A stretch of 64,000 nucleotides of DNA from Candidatus Omnitrophota bacterium (lineage in GTDB: Bacteria > Omnitrophota > Gorgyraeia > Zapsychrales > Fredricksoniimonadaceae), in contig CAIOPG010000016.1 in NCBI GenBank assembly GCA_903860135.1, forward strand, positions 2,674 to 66,673. Reading direction: 5' to 3'. The notes under the pieces were generated by a model, which was not told the DNA's origin, did not search any database, and saw nothing but the letters and a program-made list of their open reading frames with translations. Below are positions 1-9,282 of this stretch, in pieces. Position numbers and translations under genes: made by a program. How positions within the stretch are numbered: the stretch's first letter is position 1; each line of letters starts with the position of its first letter.

Positions 1-343
1 CGGCCTTTCTGCTGACCCATGACCACAACCTTTTCACCTGCAAGCGTCGCCAGACCGCCAACGATCGCTTGATCATCCGCAAAAAGCCGGTCGCCATGAA
101 GCTCAATAAAGTCTGTGGTGATCATCCGGATATAATCAAGGGTGTACGGACGCTTCGGATGGCGCGCGATCTGGACACGTTGCCATGAGGAAAGATGGCT
201 GTAGGCCTTGGCCTTGGCTATCTCGAGTTTCTGCTCCAGCTTCCGGATCTCAGGCCCCAGCTCGACGTGCTTGTCGCTCAAACGCTGAAGCTCGGCGATC
301 TTTTGCTCCATCTCGATGATCGGTTTTTCAAATTCTAATGCCA
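1..343 (-). CDS. accA: acetyl-CoA carboxylase carboxyltransferase alpha subunit, N-terminal ~114 aa (gene runs off window start)
   Basis: Minus-strand translation from ATG at ~343 gives MALEFEKPIIEMEQKIAELQRLSDKHVELGPEIRKLEQKLE...RHPKRPYTLDYI...IELHGDRLFADD, a typical AccA N-terminus. Not in the ORF track because it is truncated by the window edge. Confidence 0.8.
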
Positions 344-358
344 TGAGCCAACTCTCCT

Positions 359-1156
359 CTAGTCAACGATCACAACTTCTGTGCCGCGCGGAACGATCTT
401 ATAAAGCTCTTCCACATCCTCGTTGCGCATGCGTACGCACCCGGCCGTAACCTGCTGGCCGATCTTGTCCGGCTGGACCGTACCATGGATCCCGTAACTT
501 GGAATATCAAAACCCAGCCAGCGTGACCCCAGCACATTCTCCGGACTTTCAGGAGGGATCGCCGCACCCGCCTTGTACCAGACAGGATCTTCCTGCTTGG
601 TCACGATCTTGAATGTCCCCACCGGTGTTGAATTATTGGCACCGGTCGATACATTATATCCCTTCAATATCTCGTCATCGCTCTTGAGCGTTAATGTATT
701 CTGCGATTTATCCACATGGATTGCAAATTTCCCGGTCCAGATACGTAAATGCTGGCCCAAGCGCACCATATCCGAACTAAGGCCATTGGACTGCTTGACC
801 AAAGCCATGGTGACATTGTACTGCTTGCAGATTTTACCGAGTGTATCCCCCGCTACGATCGTATGAATAATGGTCTTGGGTGTCGGAATATTGGAAAAAA
901 GAACCTTCATATTCAGATCATACAGGTCCTGCTGTACCTGCTCGATATCCTTGTAATCCGGATGATCCGCAAGAATCTGCTGATAGGCCGCCTTGGCCTC
1001 GAGCATCTTGCCTTCCGTTGACAAAGACTTGGCCTGACGGTAAAGCTCTCCTCCGGCATCACCTGAAAGCCGGGGCAGCTTGTTCCCGCCCTGACCACAA
1101 CCTGCGGACATCAGCATAAATCCCATCACCACGAACACAACCAAACATTTCTTCAC
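359..1156 (-). CDS. L,D-transpeptidase (YkuD domain) lipoprotein with LysM domain
   Basis: Track ORF 359..1192. An internal GTG preceded by GAAGGAGG gives MKKCLVVFVVMGFMLMSAGC (lipobox). LysM-like segment HTIVAGDTLGKICKQYNV. YkuD catalytic region GIHGT...AGCVRM. Confidence 0.8.
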   Translation of the reverse strand: MKKCLVVFVVMGFMLMSAGCGQGGNKLPRLSGDAGGELYRQAKSLSTEGKMLEAKAAYQQILADHPDYKDIEQVQQDLYDLNMKVLFSNIPTPKTIIHTIVAGDTLGKICKQYNVTMALVKQSNGLSSDMVRLGQHLRIWTGKFAIHVDKSQNTLTLKSDDEILKGYNVSTGANNSTPVGTFKIVTKQEDPVWYKAGAAIPPESPENVLGSRWLGFDIPSYGIHGTVQPDKIGQQVTAGCVRMRNEDVEELYKIVPRGTEVVIVD

Positions 1157-1167
1157 AACCGCCTCCT

Positions 1168-1635
1168 TCAATAGAACAAAACAGCGAGACATACGCCGAG
1201 AATAGACCCGACAAGGACCTGGATGGGGGTATGCCCCACAAATTCCTTGATGCGGGACATTTCAACCTGTTTATGCCAATACATATCATCAATGACCTTG
1301 TTCAAAACCTCCGCCTGCTCGCCCGACTGCCGCCTGACGCCCTGGGCATCAAACATGGTAACCATGGCAAAAACAGCCGCCAGCGCGAACATGCCAGAAT
1401 TGAACCCGTATTCCATGCCACAGCTTGTCGCCAAAGCTGCCACGCCAGCCGCGTGACTGGAGGGCATCCCCCCTGTCCCGATAAACCAGCGAAAACTGAA
1501 CCGCTTACCGCGCAGGATATTGATCGCGATCTTGATCCCCTGGCCAATGATCCAGACGGAGATCGTGATAATAAATATCTTGTTGTGCACGATCTGAACA
1601 AAAATACTCGGAAGATCAAAACTGGGTATATGCAA
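1168..1635 (-). CDS. DUF212 / PAP2-superfamily-like membrane protein
   Basis: GTGGMPSSHAAGVAAL motif and hydrophobic helices. Size ~150 aa is typical of the divergent PAP2 (YuiD-like) family. Confidence 0.55.
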   Translation of the reverse strand: MHIPSFDLPSIFVQIVHNKIFIITISVWIIGQGIKIAINILRGKRFSFRWFIGTGGMPSSHAAGVAALATSCGMEYGFNSGMFALAAVFAMVTMFDAQGVRRQSGEQAEVLNKVIDDMYWHKQVEMSRIKEFVGHTPIQVLVGSILGVCLAVLFY

Positions 1636-1901
1636 AGGGTTTTATCCAAAAGATGCTGGTTGCTTATACGCCCGGTACACCTGATACCTGTCCGGACGAC
1701 CACAGGAGCATTATTATATTGTATAAGTTATAAAAAGCAAGGGTGTTTTCCCGCATTGTCCGGATGGGAAAAACACCGTCATTTGACCAAAACCCGGGGT
1801 TATGCTATCCTCTGGCTATCAAAACGGACCCCCGGCCGTATATTTTATCCGCTTTATCCCGCACGCACCCCCTTTTAATTCTATAAACAGGGGGTTTCTT
1901 C

Positions 1902-2984
1902 ATGCTTGCCAGATCATTCAGTTTTGGGCTCAACGGACTTGACGCTTACCCGATCACCATTGAAGTGGATGTCGCCAAAGGCTTGCCCGCGTTCACCATT
2001 GTCGGTCTGCCAGACAGTGCCATCCGCGAAAGCAAGGAACGCGTCCGCTCGGCGATCAAGAACTCGCATTTCACGTTCCCGTCAGCGAGGATAACGATCA
2101 ACCTCGCGCCTGCGGATACGCCAAAGGAAGGCCCCTGCTTCGACCTGCCCATTGCGCTGGGTCTGCTGGCGGCCACAGAACAACTGCCGGTCGCAACCTT
2201 GTCCCGTTTCGCCTCGCTCGGTGAACTTTCCCTCACCGGCAAGATCCAGTCCGTTTCAGGTTGCCTTCCGGCCGCCATCGCCTCGACCTGCCAACGCGAA
2301 GAAACCCTCGAAGGGCTGCTTGTCCCCCAGGCCAATGCCGAGGAAGCCGCCCTGGCTGAACATGCCCGGATATTCCCTTTCCGAACCCTTGAAGCAGTCG
2401 TTTGTTTTCTCCACACCCCTGAAGGCATCGGGGCGTTCACGCCCACCCATGATGCCGCAACGCTCGAGGATATCCCGGCGGGGCTCAATTTTGCGGATGT
2501 CAAAGGGCAAAGCCTGGCCAAACGGGGACTTGAAATTGCCTCTGCCGGCGGGCACAATGTCCTGATGATCGGGCCTCCGGGCAGTGGCAAGACCATGCTG
2601 GCCAGAAGATTTCCCTCGATCCTGCCACCTATGACCCGCGCGGAAGCCCTTGAGATCACCAAGATCCACTCCATCACAGGCTATGCCCGCACCGAGCGGA
2701 TGCTCATTGCCCAGCGCCCTTTCCGCACCCCGCATCACAGCGCATCGATGGTCTCTTTAGTCGGCGGTGGTTCAGATCCCAAACCCGGGGAGGTCACCCT
2801 GGCGCACAATGGCGTTCTTTTCCTGGATGAATTACCAGAATTCGGCCGCAATGCCCTCGAAGCCCTGCGGCAACCCCTGGAAGACCGGTGCGTAACCATT
2901 GCGCGTGCCTCAAAAACCCTGCGTTTCCCGTCAAAGTTCACGCTCCTGGCCGCCATGAACCCCTGCCCGTGCATCACAATCTGA
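1902..2984 (+). pseudogene. comM: comM/yifB (Mg-chelatase-like AAA+ ATPase) 5' portion, interrupted after the MNPCPC motif by an insertion
   Basis: N-terminal YifB domain, Walker [11 protein letters not shown] and LFLDELPEF. The ORF ends ...[11 protein letters not shown], whereas ComM normally continues MNPCPCG. The missing C-terminus is found at 16759..17247. Confidence 0.85.
2955..2972. repeat. left junction repeat ATGAACCCCTGCCCGTGC (candidate attL core)
   Basis: An 18-bp copy of comM codons MNPCPC. A near-identical copy (16/18) sits at 16762..16779 at the other end of the AT-rich insert. Confidence 0.6.
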
Positions 2985-2998
2985 ATACTAAATTGTTA

Positions 2999-3712
2999 TC
3001 ATAATTCCCCTAAATCAGGGAAGCTCTCAACCTTTCTAGGCAAGCTTTCTAATAAACTTGCCACTGGAGAGGGTGAAAGATAATTGTATTTCTTTAGGAG
3101 ATATATCATCTCCATTAATGGTCCTAGTAAAGTCATCCCGCAGGTCAACTTTGAACTAGTGCTTGTAATCAGTTCACCTAGCAAGTCATTAAAATATAAA
3201 ACCTTCATATCTCCAAACAAATCAATCTTGCTGAATTCGCTGTGAGATATTTCCTTTTTACTGCTAAAAATAACAGTCTTAGAAAATACATCTTTCCTTT
3301 TTATTGCATAGAATAGAGCATGCGAGTGGGGAGGCTCACCTATTGTTTCATAAGTATAATCTGGACTATTGCGCAAGTCATCCCTCTGACAACAATCTAA
3401 ATACACATGATATTGCCCACCTTGATCAATGGCTAAAAGTTGATTATCGACACCAATCAATGCAGGCTCGCGATAAAGCTCATACGGTGCATTCTCAATA
3501 ATATGCTGCTCTCTTGTAAAACTAATCCATAATTTGATTAATTCACGATATGTTGATCCAAATATATCGTCGTAATTCATTTTCTTATCAATATTAATAC
3601 TGCTAAATTTATCGTGCTGCATATATACATTTCTTCTGCTGCTAGATTTCATAATTTTCCTTTCGTTAGAGTTCATACAGCTCAATATCAATATCATCCT
3701 TAGTTGAAACAT
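2999..3712 (-). CDS. hypothetical protein (element cargo, AT-rich)
   Basis: 237-aa ORF at the extreme left end of the insert. No recognisable motif. The real start may be the internal MKSSSRRN. Confidence 0.4.
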   Translation of the reverse strand: MFQLRMILILSCMNSNERKIMKSSSRRNVYMQHDKFSSINIDKKMNYDDIFGSTYRELIKLWISFTREQHIIENAPYELYREPALIGVDNQLLAIDQGGQYHVYLDCCQRDDLRNSPDYTYETIGEPPHSHALFYAIKRKDVFSKTVIFSSKKEISHSEFSKIDLFGDMKVLYFNDLLGELITSTSSKLTCGMTLLGPLMEMIYLLKKYNYLSPSPVASLLESLPRKVESFPDLGEL

Positions 3713-5141
3713 GAATCACTTTGACTAACTCGGTCAGAATCTCCCGCTGCGTTCGTGGTGTTAGCTTGAGAAAGGCTCCCTTCAAGTCCTTAACCCGGCG
3801 TAGCAAGGTTACACGCTTATCACGAGCCTTAGGATTAACATCAAGGATAAGTCGCTCCCTTAATGTCTGTAACTTCTCTAAGTCTTTGGCGATGTTATCC
3901 ATTCGCTCCACCAACAAGTCTTTAGAGATTGCTCCATCCTCAAACAGCTCGAGTAACTTCTTCTGCTTGCCCAGCATCTTGTTCAGATTTCTTTCCACTC
4001 CTTTCAACTCCTCTGCCGGTTTATCCTGCTTCAATCGTTCCAATACCTTCTCAGCATCGTGCTCATCAAAATGAAGGTTCGCATACTGCTGAATCTTTTC
4101 TAGAACGACCTTCTCCAAGTTCTGCTTATTGATAGAGACTCCTAAACATACATTTGGCCCTTTGCTTATGTGGTTATGACATCGGTAATAGCTAAAGGAT
4201 TTCCCGTTCTGCTTACTCGTACACTGACCACAAAGAGATCCGCCGCACTCAGTACACCGCATCAGACCTGATAGAAGATAAAACTCTCCTGAACGATGCT
4301 GTTTTATGTAGCGTCGTTGCTTTACTAGAGCCTGAACTCTCTCATACTGCTCCTCGGTGATAATCGGAGTGAAATCACCCTTCCTCACAGTCCATTTATC
4401 CTTAGGCAAGTAAACCTTTGAACCACCGGCTCGCTTCCCGTAGGTGTAGTACCCCATGTAAGGTGGGCTTGTCAGCACTCTTCTCACGGTTGTTGCCGCC
4501 CAAGTCTGTCCTCGCTTGGTTGTGTACGCCTTCTTATTCATCCAATGCGTCAGGCCCCTAAGCGTTCGGATTTCCTCAAACTTGGTGTACATTGCTCTTA
4601 CGACTTTAGCCTCAGCACCATTAATCACTAACCCCTTATCCTTAACGTCGTAGCCATATGGTGGCTGCCCTCCACAGAAATCACCACGATCTGCCTTGTG
4701 ATACATCGCATCTTTTACACGTTCAACTGTGATCGACCGCTCCCATTCGGCCAAACTACCCAAGATCGTCAACATCAACCTACCCGTGGGCGAAGTCGTG
4801 TCTAAATTTTCACTTAGCGATATAAAGCTAACGTCGTGCTTACTAAGAAGGTCTACGAAATCCAGCAAGTCCCTAACATTCCGCGCCACCCTGTCAAACT
4901 TGTAAACGACGACAGTCCCAACAGAACCATCCGCAATCCGTGCTAGAAGTTGGCTAAAAGCAGGCCTATTGATACTCGCGGCGGAGTAACCGTTATCAAC
5001 AAAGTGTTCTGCTCGAGTGAGGTTCTTTCTTGCTACTTCCTGCTCGAGCCACTCCTTCTGCCGAGGCACAGACAGCCCTTTATCACGTTGGATGTCTGTC
5101 GACACCCTAGAGTACAGAGCTGTGACCTTAGATGTCATCAC
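3666..5141 (-). CDS. large serine recombinase (candidate integrase of the element)
   Basis: N-terminal resolvase catalytic domain (LYSRVSTDIQRDKGLSVPRQ). Recombinase domain. Cys-rich zinc-ribbon segment (CTECGGSLCGQC...YYRCHNH). C-terminal coiled coil. 491 aa. Confidence 0.9.
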   Translation of the reverse strand: MMTSKVTALYSRVSTDIQRDKGLSVPRQKEWLEQEVARKNLTRAEHFVDNGYSAASINRPAFSQLLARIADGSVGTVVVYKFDRVARNVRDLLDFVDLLSKHDVSFISLSENLDTTSPTGRLMLTILGSLAEWERSITVERVKDAMYHKADRGDFCGGQPPYGYDVKDKGLVINGAEAKVVRAMYTKFEEIRTLRGLTHWMNKKAYTTKRGQTWAATTVRRVLTSPPYMGYYTYGKRAGGSKVYLPKDKWTVRKGDFTPIITEEQYERVQALVKQRRYIKQHRSGEFYLLSGLMRCTECGGSLCGQCTSKQNGKSFSYYRCHNHISKGPNVCLGVSINKQNLEKVVLEKIQQYANLHFDEHDAEKVLERLKQDKPAEELKGVERNLNKMLGKQKKLLELFEDGAISKDLLVERMDNIAKDLEKLQTLRERLILDVNPKARDKRVTLLRRVKDLKGAFLKLTPRTQREILTELVKVIHVSTKDDIDIELYEL

Positions 5142-5276
5142 ACATCAAGATTGCACGTAGAATCCTCGTTCGTCTTTCACGCCGCTCACTCTCATCAACT
5201 TTGACAGAATGAACCTTAACGATAATCCCGTGAACAATCTCCCTTCCTTCAGCTCTTTCTTTAAGTTCAATAGTCA
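5127..5276 (-). CDS. small 49-aa ORF overlapping the recombinase start (candidate recombination directionality factor or regulator)
   Basis: MTIELKERAEGREIVHGIIVKVHSVKVDESERRERRTRILRAILMCDDI. Basic C-terminus. Sits between the MCM-like gene and the recombinase. Below the 60-aa track cutoff. Coordinates approximate. Confidence 0.3.
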
Positions 5277-5280
5277 TAAA

Positions 5281-7368
5281 TCACACCTTATCAAGATTAA
5301 CGTCAACCTCATACTGCTGCTCCGTTGTGGGATTGCCACCATCTTCATCAAAGTACTGCTCGAAGAATTTGTTACCCTTAACAGTCTTGCGACATCCTTT
5401 GGCTGTTCGCACAATGAGCCCATGCTTGAAAAGAATCTCCATGCTGGCTCTTATTGGTTTATCACCAACGCTTAATGACTTCTCAAGCGTCTCTTGCTTA
5501 ACAAATTCATGTGATAAAACAGCCTTGAGAACCTGCATCATTGTTCCTTTATAATTTTCATCAACTTTCCTCGACTTAATATCGGCAGTAATGCGTTTAT
5601 AATCATCAAGGTCTAAATTTTCATTGATGTGCATCGCTGACACATACTTATCAAATCGGCAATTGTCATGATCGTAAACTTGTTGCAACTTCTTAACTAG
5701 AAACAGGACATGACCCTGCTTAACAACAATCTTTTCATGACTCTCATCGGTTGAATGCAACAACGCTGCAAGGCCTACCGACATCCTGGCCAATTTCTCA
5801 TGAATATCAGTCAGCACTAATGGGATTGTCGGATCTTCATACTTGTTGAGCATTAGATCTGATTGGCGCAGAATCTCGTTAGTAGCCTCCTTTTCGAATA
5901 CGACATCATTAATCCCCTTCCGCCACGCCCATAAAATACTTTGCTGAAGAAGCTTAGGCGTTATGGACTGATGAACTTTCTCACGTTCCTCATCCAACAT
6001 GAGAATGACCTTTCTAGGGACATCCCCCCGTCGGACACAAATAACGACATCTAATCGCCTAATATCCGCCGGTCGCTGATAATTAATAGCTGTTATCGGG
6101 TATTGAAAGTTATCCATTGGCTCTCCACTAACAGGATTCGCCAAGAATACATACCGAACTCTACATGGATGCTCAGCTTTAACTGACTTCGTGACAATCA
6201 TTACGCCACTTGATCTTGCGCTGCTAAATTCTTCCATCTCTTCGGACTTAAACTTCTGAGCTTCGTCGACAACTACAGCTTTCTTATCATTCAATGGCCC
6301 AACGCCCCATGTAATTATTCGCTGATTGTTTATCACAGTATCGAGGCTGTAACCTAATCCTGTTCGTGATGATGCACTTCCACTTGTCATTTGGCCAATA
6401 CCAATACCCCGAACAAGTCGCTCCACTAATGTTGATTTTCCCTGTGCAGTATCGCCCATCACCATCATTTCACCCCAACCCTTAGTCTTCGCTCCGTTAA
6501 ACTTAAACTGAAGCACGGTGTGAAAAGTAATCAGCACAAATAGCAGAATATTTACGCGGCACTCACCATAAATCTTGGTGATGTTCGCAGTAACGTCTTT
6601 AAGTGTTCTATTCACTGCGATTTCTATCAACTCTGGACTATCATGGACCGCTCGAAATTTCTTAAACTCTGACTTGATGCTATCCGTTGTTTCCTGTGCA
6701 TCAATATCTGTCCTAAGTGGTTCGACTGCTTGAACAAATAAAGTTGCAGCCTGTGTCTTGGGATGTGGTACAACTACGCCGGTAAGACGAAAATGCCCGT
6801 CAGTCTTTATCAAGTTCCCAGCTAGGTAAACAATCTTCTGTCTATAGTCCCGGCCCTTCTCATCAACTAATTCGCCATTATCCCCTTCATTAATAACCTG
6901 TGCCTGAGGTACTACAACCAGTTCTTGCACGGCTGTATACGCCACAAGCCGTATCGACAATCGGCAATCTTCACTAACTTGAGCCTGTAACGACTTCTTG
7001 ATAATCCGCTCCACCTGATCAGAATCTTTTCGACAGAGCGTCAGTATCGTTGGGTCTGTCGCTTCAAATCGAATAGATGAACCTTTTCGATAGCTACAAT
7101 TGCCACACGCGGATCTGTTCTTATCAACGAACGCACACTCCACTGCAAACTGCACCGGCACTTGAAAGCTTTCCACTGCGGCAGTAATCCTTACATCAAC
7201 CTGAACTCGTTTATTGACATACTCTGACTTCTCAATATCAGTCAAATGCACAGCAACTGGTGGAATGCTTTCGTCAATTTGTATAGCTCTACTCGGATGA
7301 GTACTACATTCAACAACCCTCTTCTTAGACATTAGGATTTCCCTTTCTTTTCTTTGGTTTAATCCCAA
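5281..7368 (-). CDS. MCM-like AAA+ ATPase / putative replicative helicase of the element
   Basis: Walker A MMVMGDTAQGKSTL resembles MCM GDPGxAKSQ. Walker B VVVDEAQKF. N-terminal CxxC pair (SACGNCSY). C-terminal winged-helix-like tail. 695 aa. Confidence 0.5.
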   Translation of the reverse strand: MGLNQRKEREILMSKKRVVECSTHPSRAIQIDESIPPVAVHLTDIEKSEYVNKRVQVDVRITAAVESFQVPVQFAVECAFVDKNRSACGNCSYRKGSSIRFEATDPTILTLCRKDSDQVERIIKKSLQAQVSEDCRLSIRLVAYTAVQELVVVPQAQVINEGDNGELVDEKGRDYRQKIVYLAGNLIKTDGHFRLTGVVVPHPKTQAATLFVQAVEPLRTDIDAQETTDSIKSEFKKFRAVHDSPELIEIAVNRTLKDVTANITKIYGECRVNILLFVLITFHTVLQFKFNGAKTKGWGEMMVMGDTAQGKSTLVERLVRGIGIGQMTSGSASSRTGLGYSLDTVINNQRIITWGVGPLNDKKAVVVDEAQKFKSEEMEEFSSARSSGVMIVTKSVKAEHPCRVRYVFLANPVSGEPMDNFQYPITAINYQRPADIRRLDVVICVRRGDVPRKVILMLDEEREKVHQSITPKLLQQSILWAWRKGINDVVFEKEATNEILRQSDLMLNKYEDPTIPLVLTDIHEKLARMSVGLAALLHSTDESHEKIVVKQGHVLFLVKKLQQVYDHDNCRFDKYVSAMHINENLDLDDYKRITADIKSRKVDENYKGTMMQVLKAVLSHEFVKQETLEKSLSVGDKPIRASMEILFKHGLIVRTAKGCRKTVKGNKFFEQYFDEDGGNPTTEQQYEVDVNLDKV

Positions 7369-7909
7369 ATGCCAACATAATTGCTTTTGAGAATCGTTCC
7401 CTTTTTTCAGGAGTGAGATTGCTCAACTCATTCATCGGATCATTAACAAAGAAATAATAATATGTTCCCCAATAAATCAAACACTGTTTAATACAGGTCA
7501 AACATGTGGCATTCTTTACATCCATCCTTAATTCCTTCTTACATTCACTGCACATCAAACTTGACCGAATCACAAGTTGGGTTTTTACGCATTTATTACA
7601 CAGCCAGACACCTTTTTGCTGTATTAAATCTTTCCTACTAAAAAGTTTCGTCTCAGAATCCTCAAGATTGATGTTCAGTGTATTTATTCTCATAGCAACT
7701 GCTCGATTAGTTAGACAATCTGACCCACACTTAAGACACTGACAACGCTTTACATAGAGATTGCTGTTACCCTTAACTGAAAGATTACACAATTTCCCCA
7801 TAAGCGTTTGATCATCATCAATAATATGTGTGTTACTAACTTCCTTCATAAACTCAGAGTCCACAACTCTTCCCATATCACCATGTCTACTTCGTATTTC
7901 TATTACCAT
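7325..7909 (-). CDS. Cys-rich (multi CxxC) zinc-finger-like protein
   Basis: CQCLKCGSDC, CNKC, CSECKK, CLTCIKQC. No homology recognised. Confidence 0.45.
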   Translation of the reverse strand: MVIEIRSRHGDMGRVVDSEFMKEVSNTHIIDDDQTLMGKLCNLSVKGNSNLYVKRCQCLKCGSDCLTNRAVAMRINTLNINLEDSETKLFSRKDLIQQKGVWLCNKCVKTQLVIRSSLMCSECKKELRMDVKNATCLTCIKQCLIYWGTYYYFFVNDPMNELSNLTPEKRERFSKAIMLAFGIKPKKRKGNPNV

Positions 7910-7963
7910 TTCTCCTCCTAATTGTTACCGTTCTTCTATTCATTATTTCTATAAACTTAATTC

Positions 7964-8326
7964 TCAACCATGTACCATTTCGAATTGCAATGCTTTACGT
8001 TTCTTGGCATTGAAATACTCAGCAAATTCAACATTCAATCTCAATGCACGTTTCATTTGGCATACACAACCACTGCCATCACATACATCAGGTTTAAGCT
8101 GACACTCCAAACAGGCCACCTTATCCATATGCTTTACGAACTGTTCAATGCACGCCCTACATATCCAGGATCTCTTGGGGTAACCTTTAATAGATATTCC
8201 TTCCACAAGTTCTTCAATGTCATTACACAAACAACAAATATCACCAGCTCCAGCGTACTTTCGTCTCTTGCCATACAAATTAAAGAATTCATCGACTGTT
8301 ATTGGCTTTCTAACTGATTTATTCAT
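7964..8326 (-). CDS. Cys-rich zinc-finger-like small protein
   Basis: CCLCND, CRAC, CLEC, CDGSGCVC. Confidence 0.45.
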   Translation of the reverse strand: MNKSVRKPITVDEFFNLYGKRRKYAGAGDICCLCNDIEELVEGISIKGYPKRSWICRACIEQFVKHMDKVACLECQLKPDVCDGSGCVCQMKRALRLNVEFAEYFNAKKRKALQFEMVHG

Positions 8327-8652
8327 ATTCCCCTCTTTCCTTTGCCCACTGTTCTTATATCCATACTCATATTTAATCCGTCATCTCTTGTCAGAAGTAA
8401 GCTAACACTCGATCTAAGCCCGGCCAAAGAAGCAAACGCCTCTAATCTCTCACTAATTTCAACTATCTCTTTTGCAGCAGCACAGTCACTTCGTTGCCGT
8501 AGGTTACATTTGCCATACAACCCCTCAAAAGTTAACCTTCCACTGCTACCTGAACAATAACAATGGTCACATTTAAAACCCATTAGCGAACCTTGACCTT
8601 GCCCATCCTTAACTACTAGCCCATCTACCTTCCTGCTCATATTGCTCTTCAT
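8323..8652 (-). CDS. Cys-containing small protein
   Basis: CDHCYCSGSSG ... CNLRQRSDC. Start overlaps the upstream gene by 4 nt (coupled). Confidence 0.4.
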   Translation of the reverse strand: MKSNMSRKVDGLVVKDGQGQGSLMGFKCDHCYCSGSSGRLTFEGLYGKCNLRQRSDCAAAKEIVEISERLEAFASLAGLRSSVSLLLTRDDGLNMSMDIRTVGKGKRGI

Positions 8653-8701
8653 ACACGTTCCTTTCTTTATTCCACACTGTGGAATGTTCGGTTAAAAAAT
8701 T

Positions 8702-9259
8702 TTACTGGGCGATCAACTCGGACATCTTGTTAAAATATTCTTTAAAATCCAACACTCTCTTGCGAAAATCAGACCATATTTCAGCCTGCTTCTTCCGAAG
8801 CTCCAAAAATTCTTTCTTAGCTTGTTTCTTGGAATTAGAGTCAAATTTATCTTTAGAGAACTCAAATTCACCTGTAGGCCCCATCATCCATGACATAAGC
8901 TGTAAATTAAGGTTAATAATATCTTCTCCCTCCTCCTCATCCAGATCGAACTCAACCTGTGCAAAATTAAATATCTTAACCTCCAGATCACAAAATTCCT
9001 TTAACTCAGATAATGGGATGTGTGCCGTACGAAGTAACAGAATCATTCTAAAGAATTCAACTTCTGCGGATGTATAACTACTCTTTGCCCCGTGCGCACC
9101 ACTTGCCCCGGTTGCCAGTTTCCTGCGAGAAGATGAACGCCGCAAATTTAAAGCATCTTCCATCTTCCAAAGCCAAGCACTGGAAACTCCAACTCTTTGG
9201 CAAACTTCTTGTCCTGTGAAATCATTATCTTCTTTTGACATGAGCAAAGTATTCCACAC
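8702..9259 (-). CDS. helix-turn-helix (MerR/excisionase-like) DNA-binding protein
   Basis: N-terminal FTGQEVCQRVGVSSAWLWKMED resembles MerR-type/AlpA HTH. Acidic coiled-coil C-terminus. Immediately downstream of the second recombinase. Confidence 0.5.
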   Translation of the reverse strand: MWNTLLMSKEDNDFTGQEVCQRVGVSSAWLWKMEDALNLRRSSSRRKLATGASGAHGAKSSYTSAEVEFFRMILLLRTAHIPLSELKEFCDLEVKIFNFAQVEFDLDEEEGEDIINLNLQLMSWMMGPTGEFEFSKDKFDSNSKKQAKKEFLELRKKQAEIWSDFRKRVLDFKEYFNKMSELIAQ

Positions 9260-9282
9260 TGGGGAATAAAAGTCAAGGAAAA

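Noticed and set aside
1946-2677. 243-aa minus-strand ORF and other long antisense ORFs (e.g. 26552-28009 +, 34666-35526 +, 35526-36539 +, 22666-23166 +)
   Set aside because: They lie entirely inside well-supported genes on the opposite strand (comM, OM barrel, SPFH genes, DHS). They have Arg/Pro-rich shadow-frame composition and no motifs. They are typical high-GC antisense shadows.
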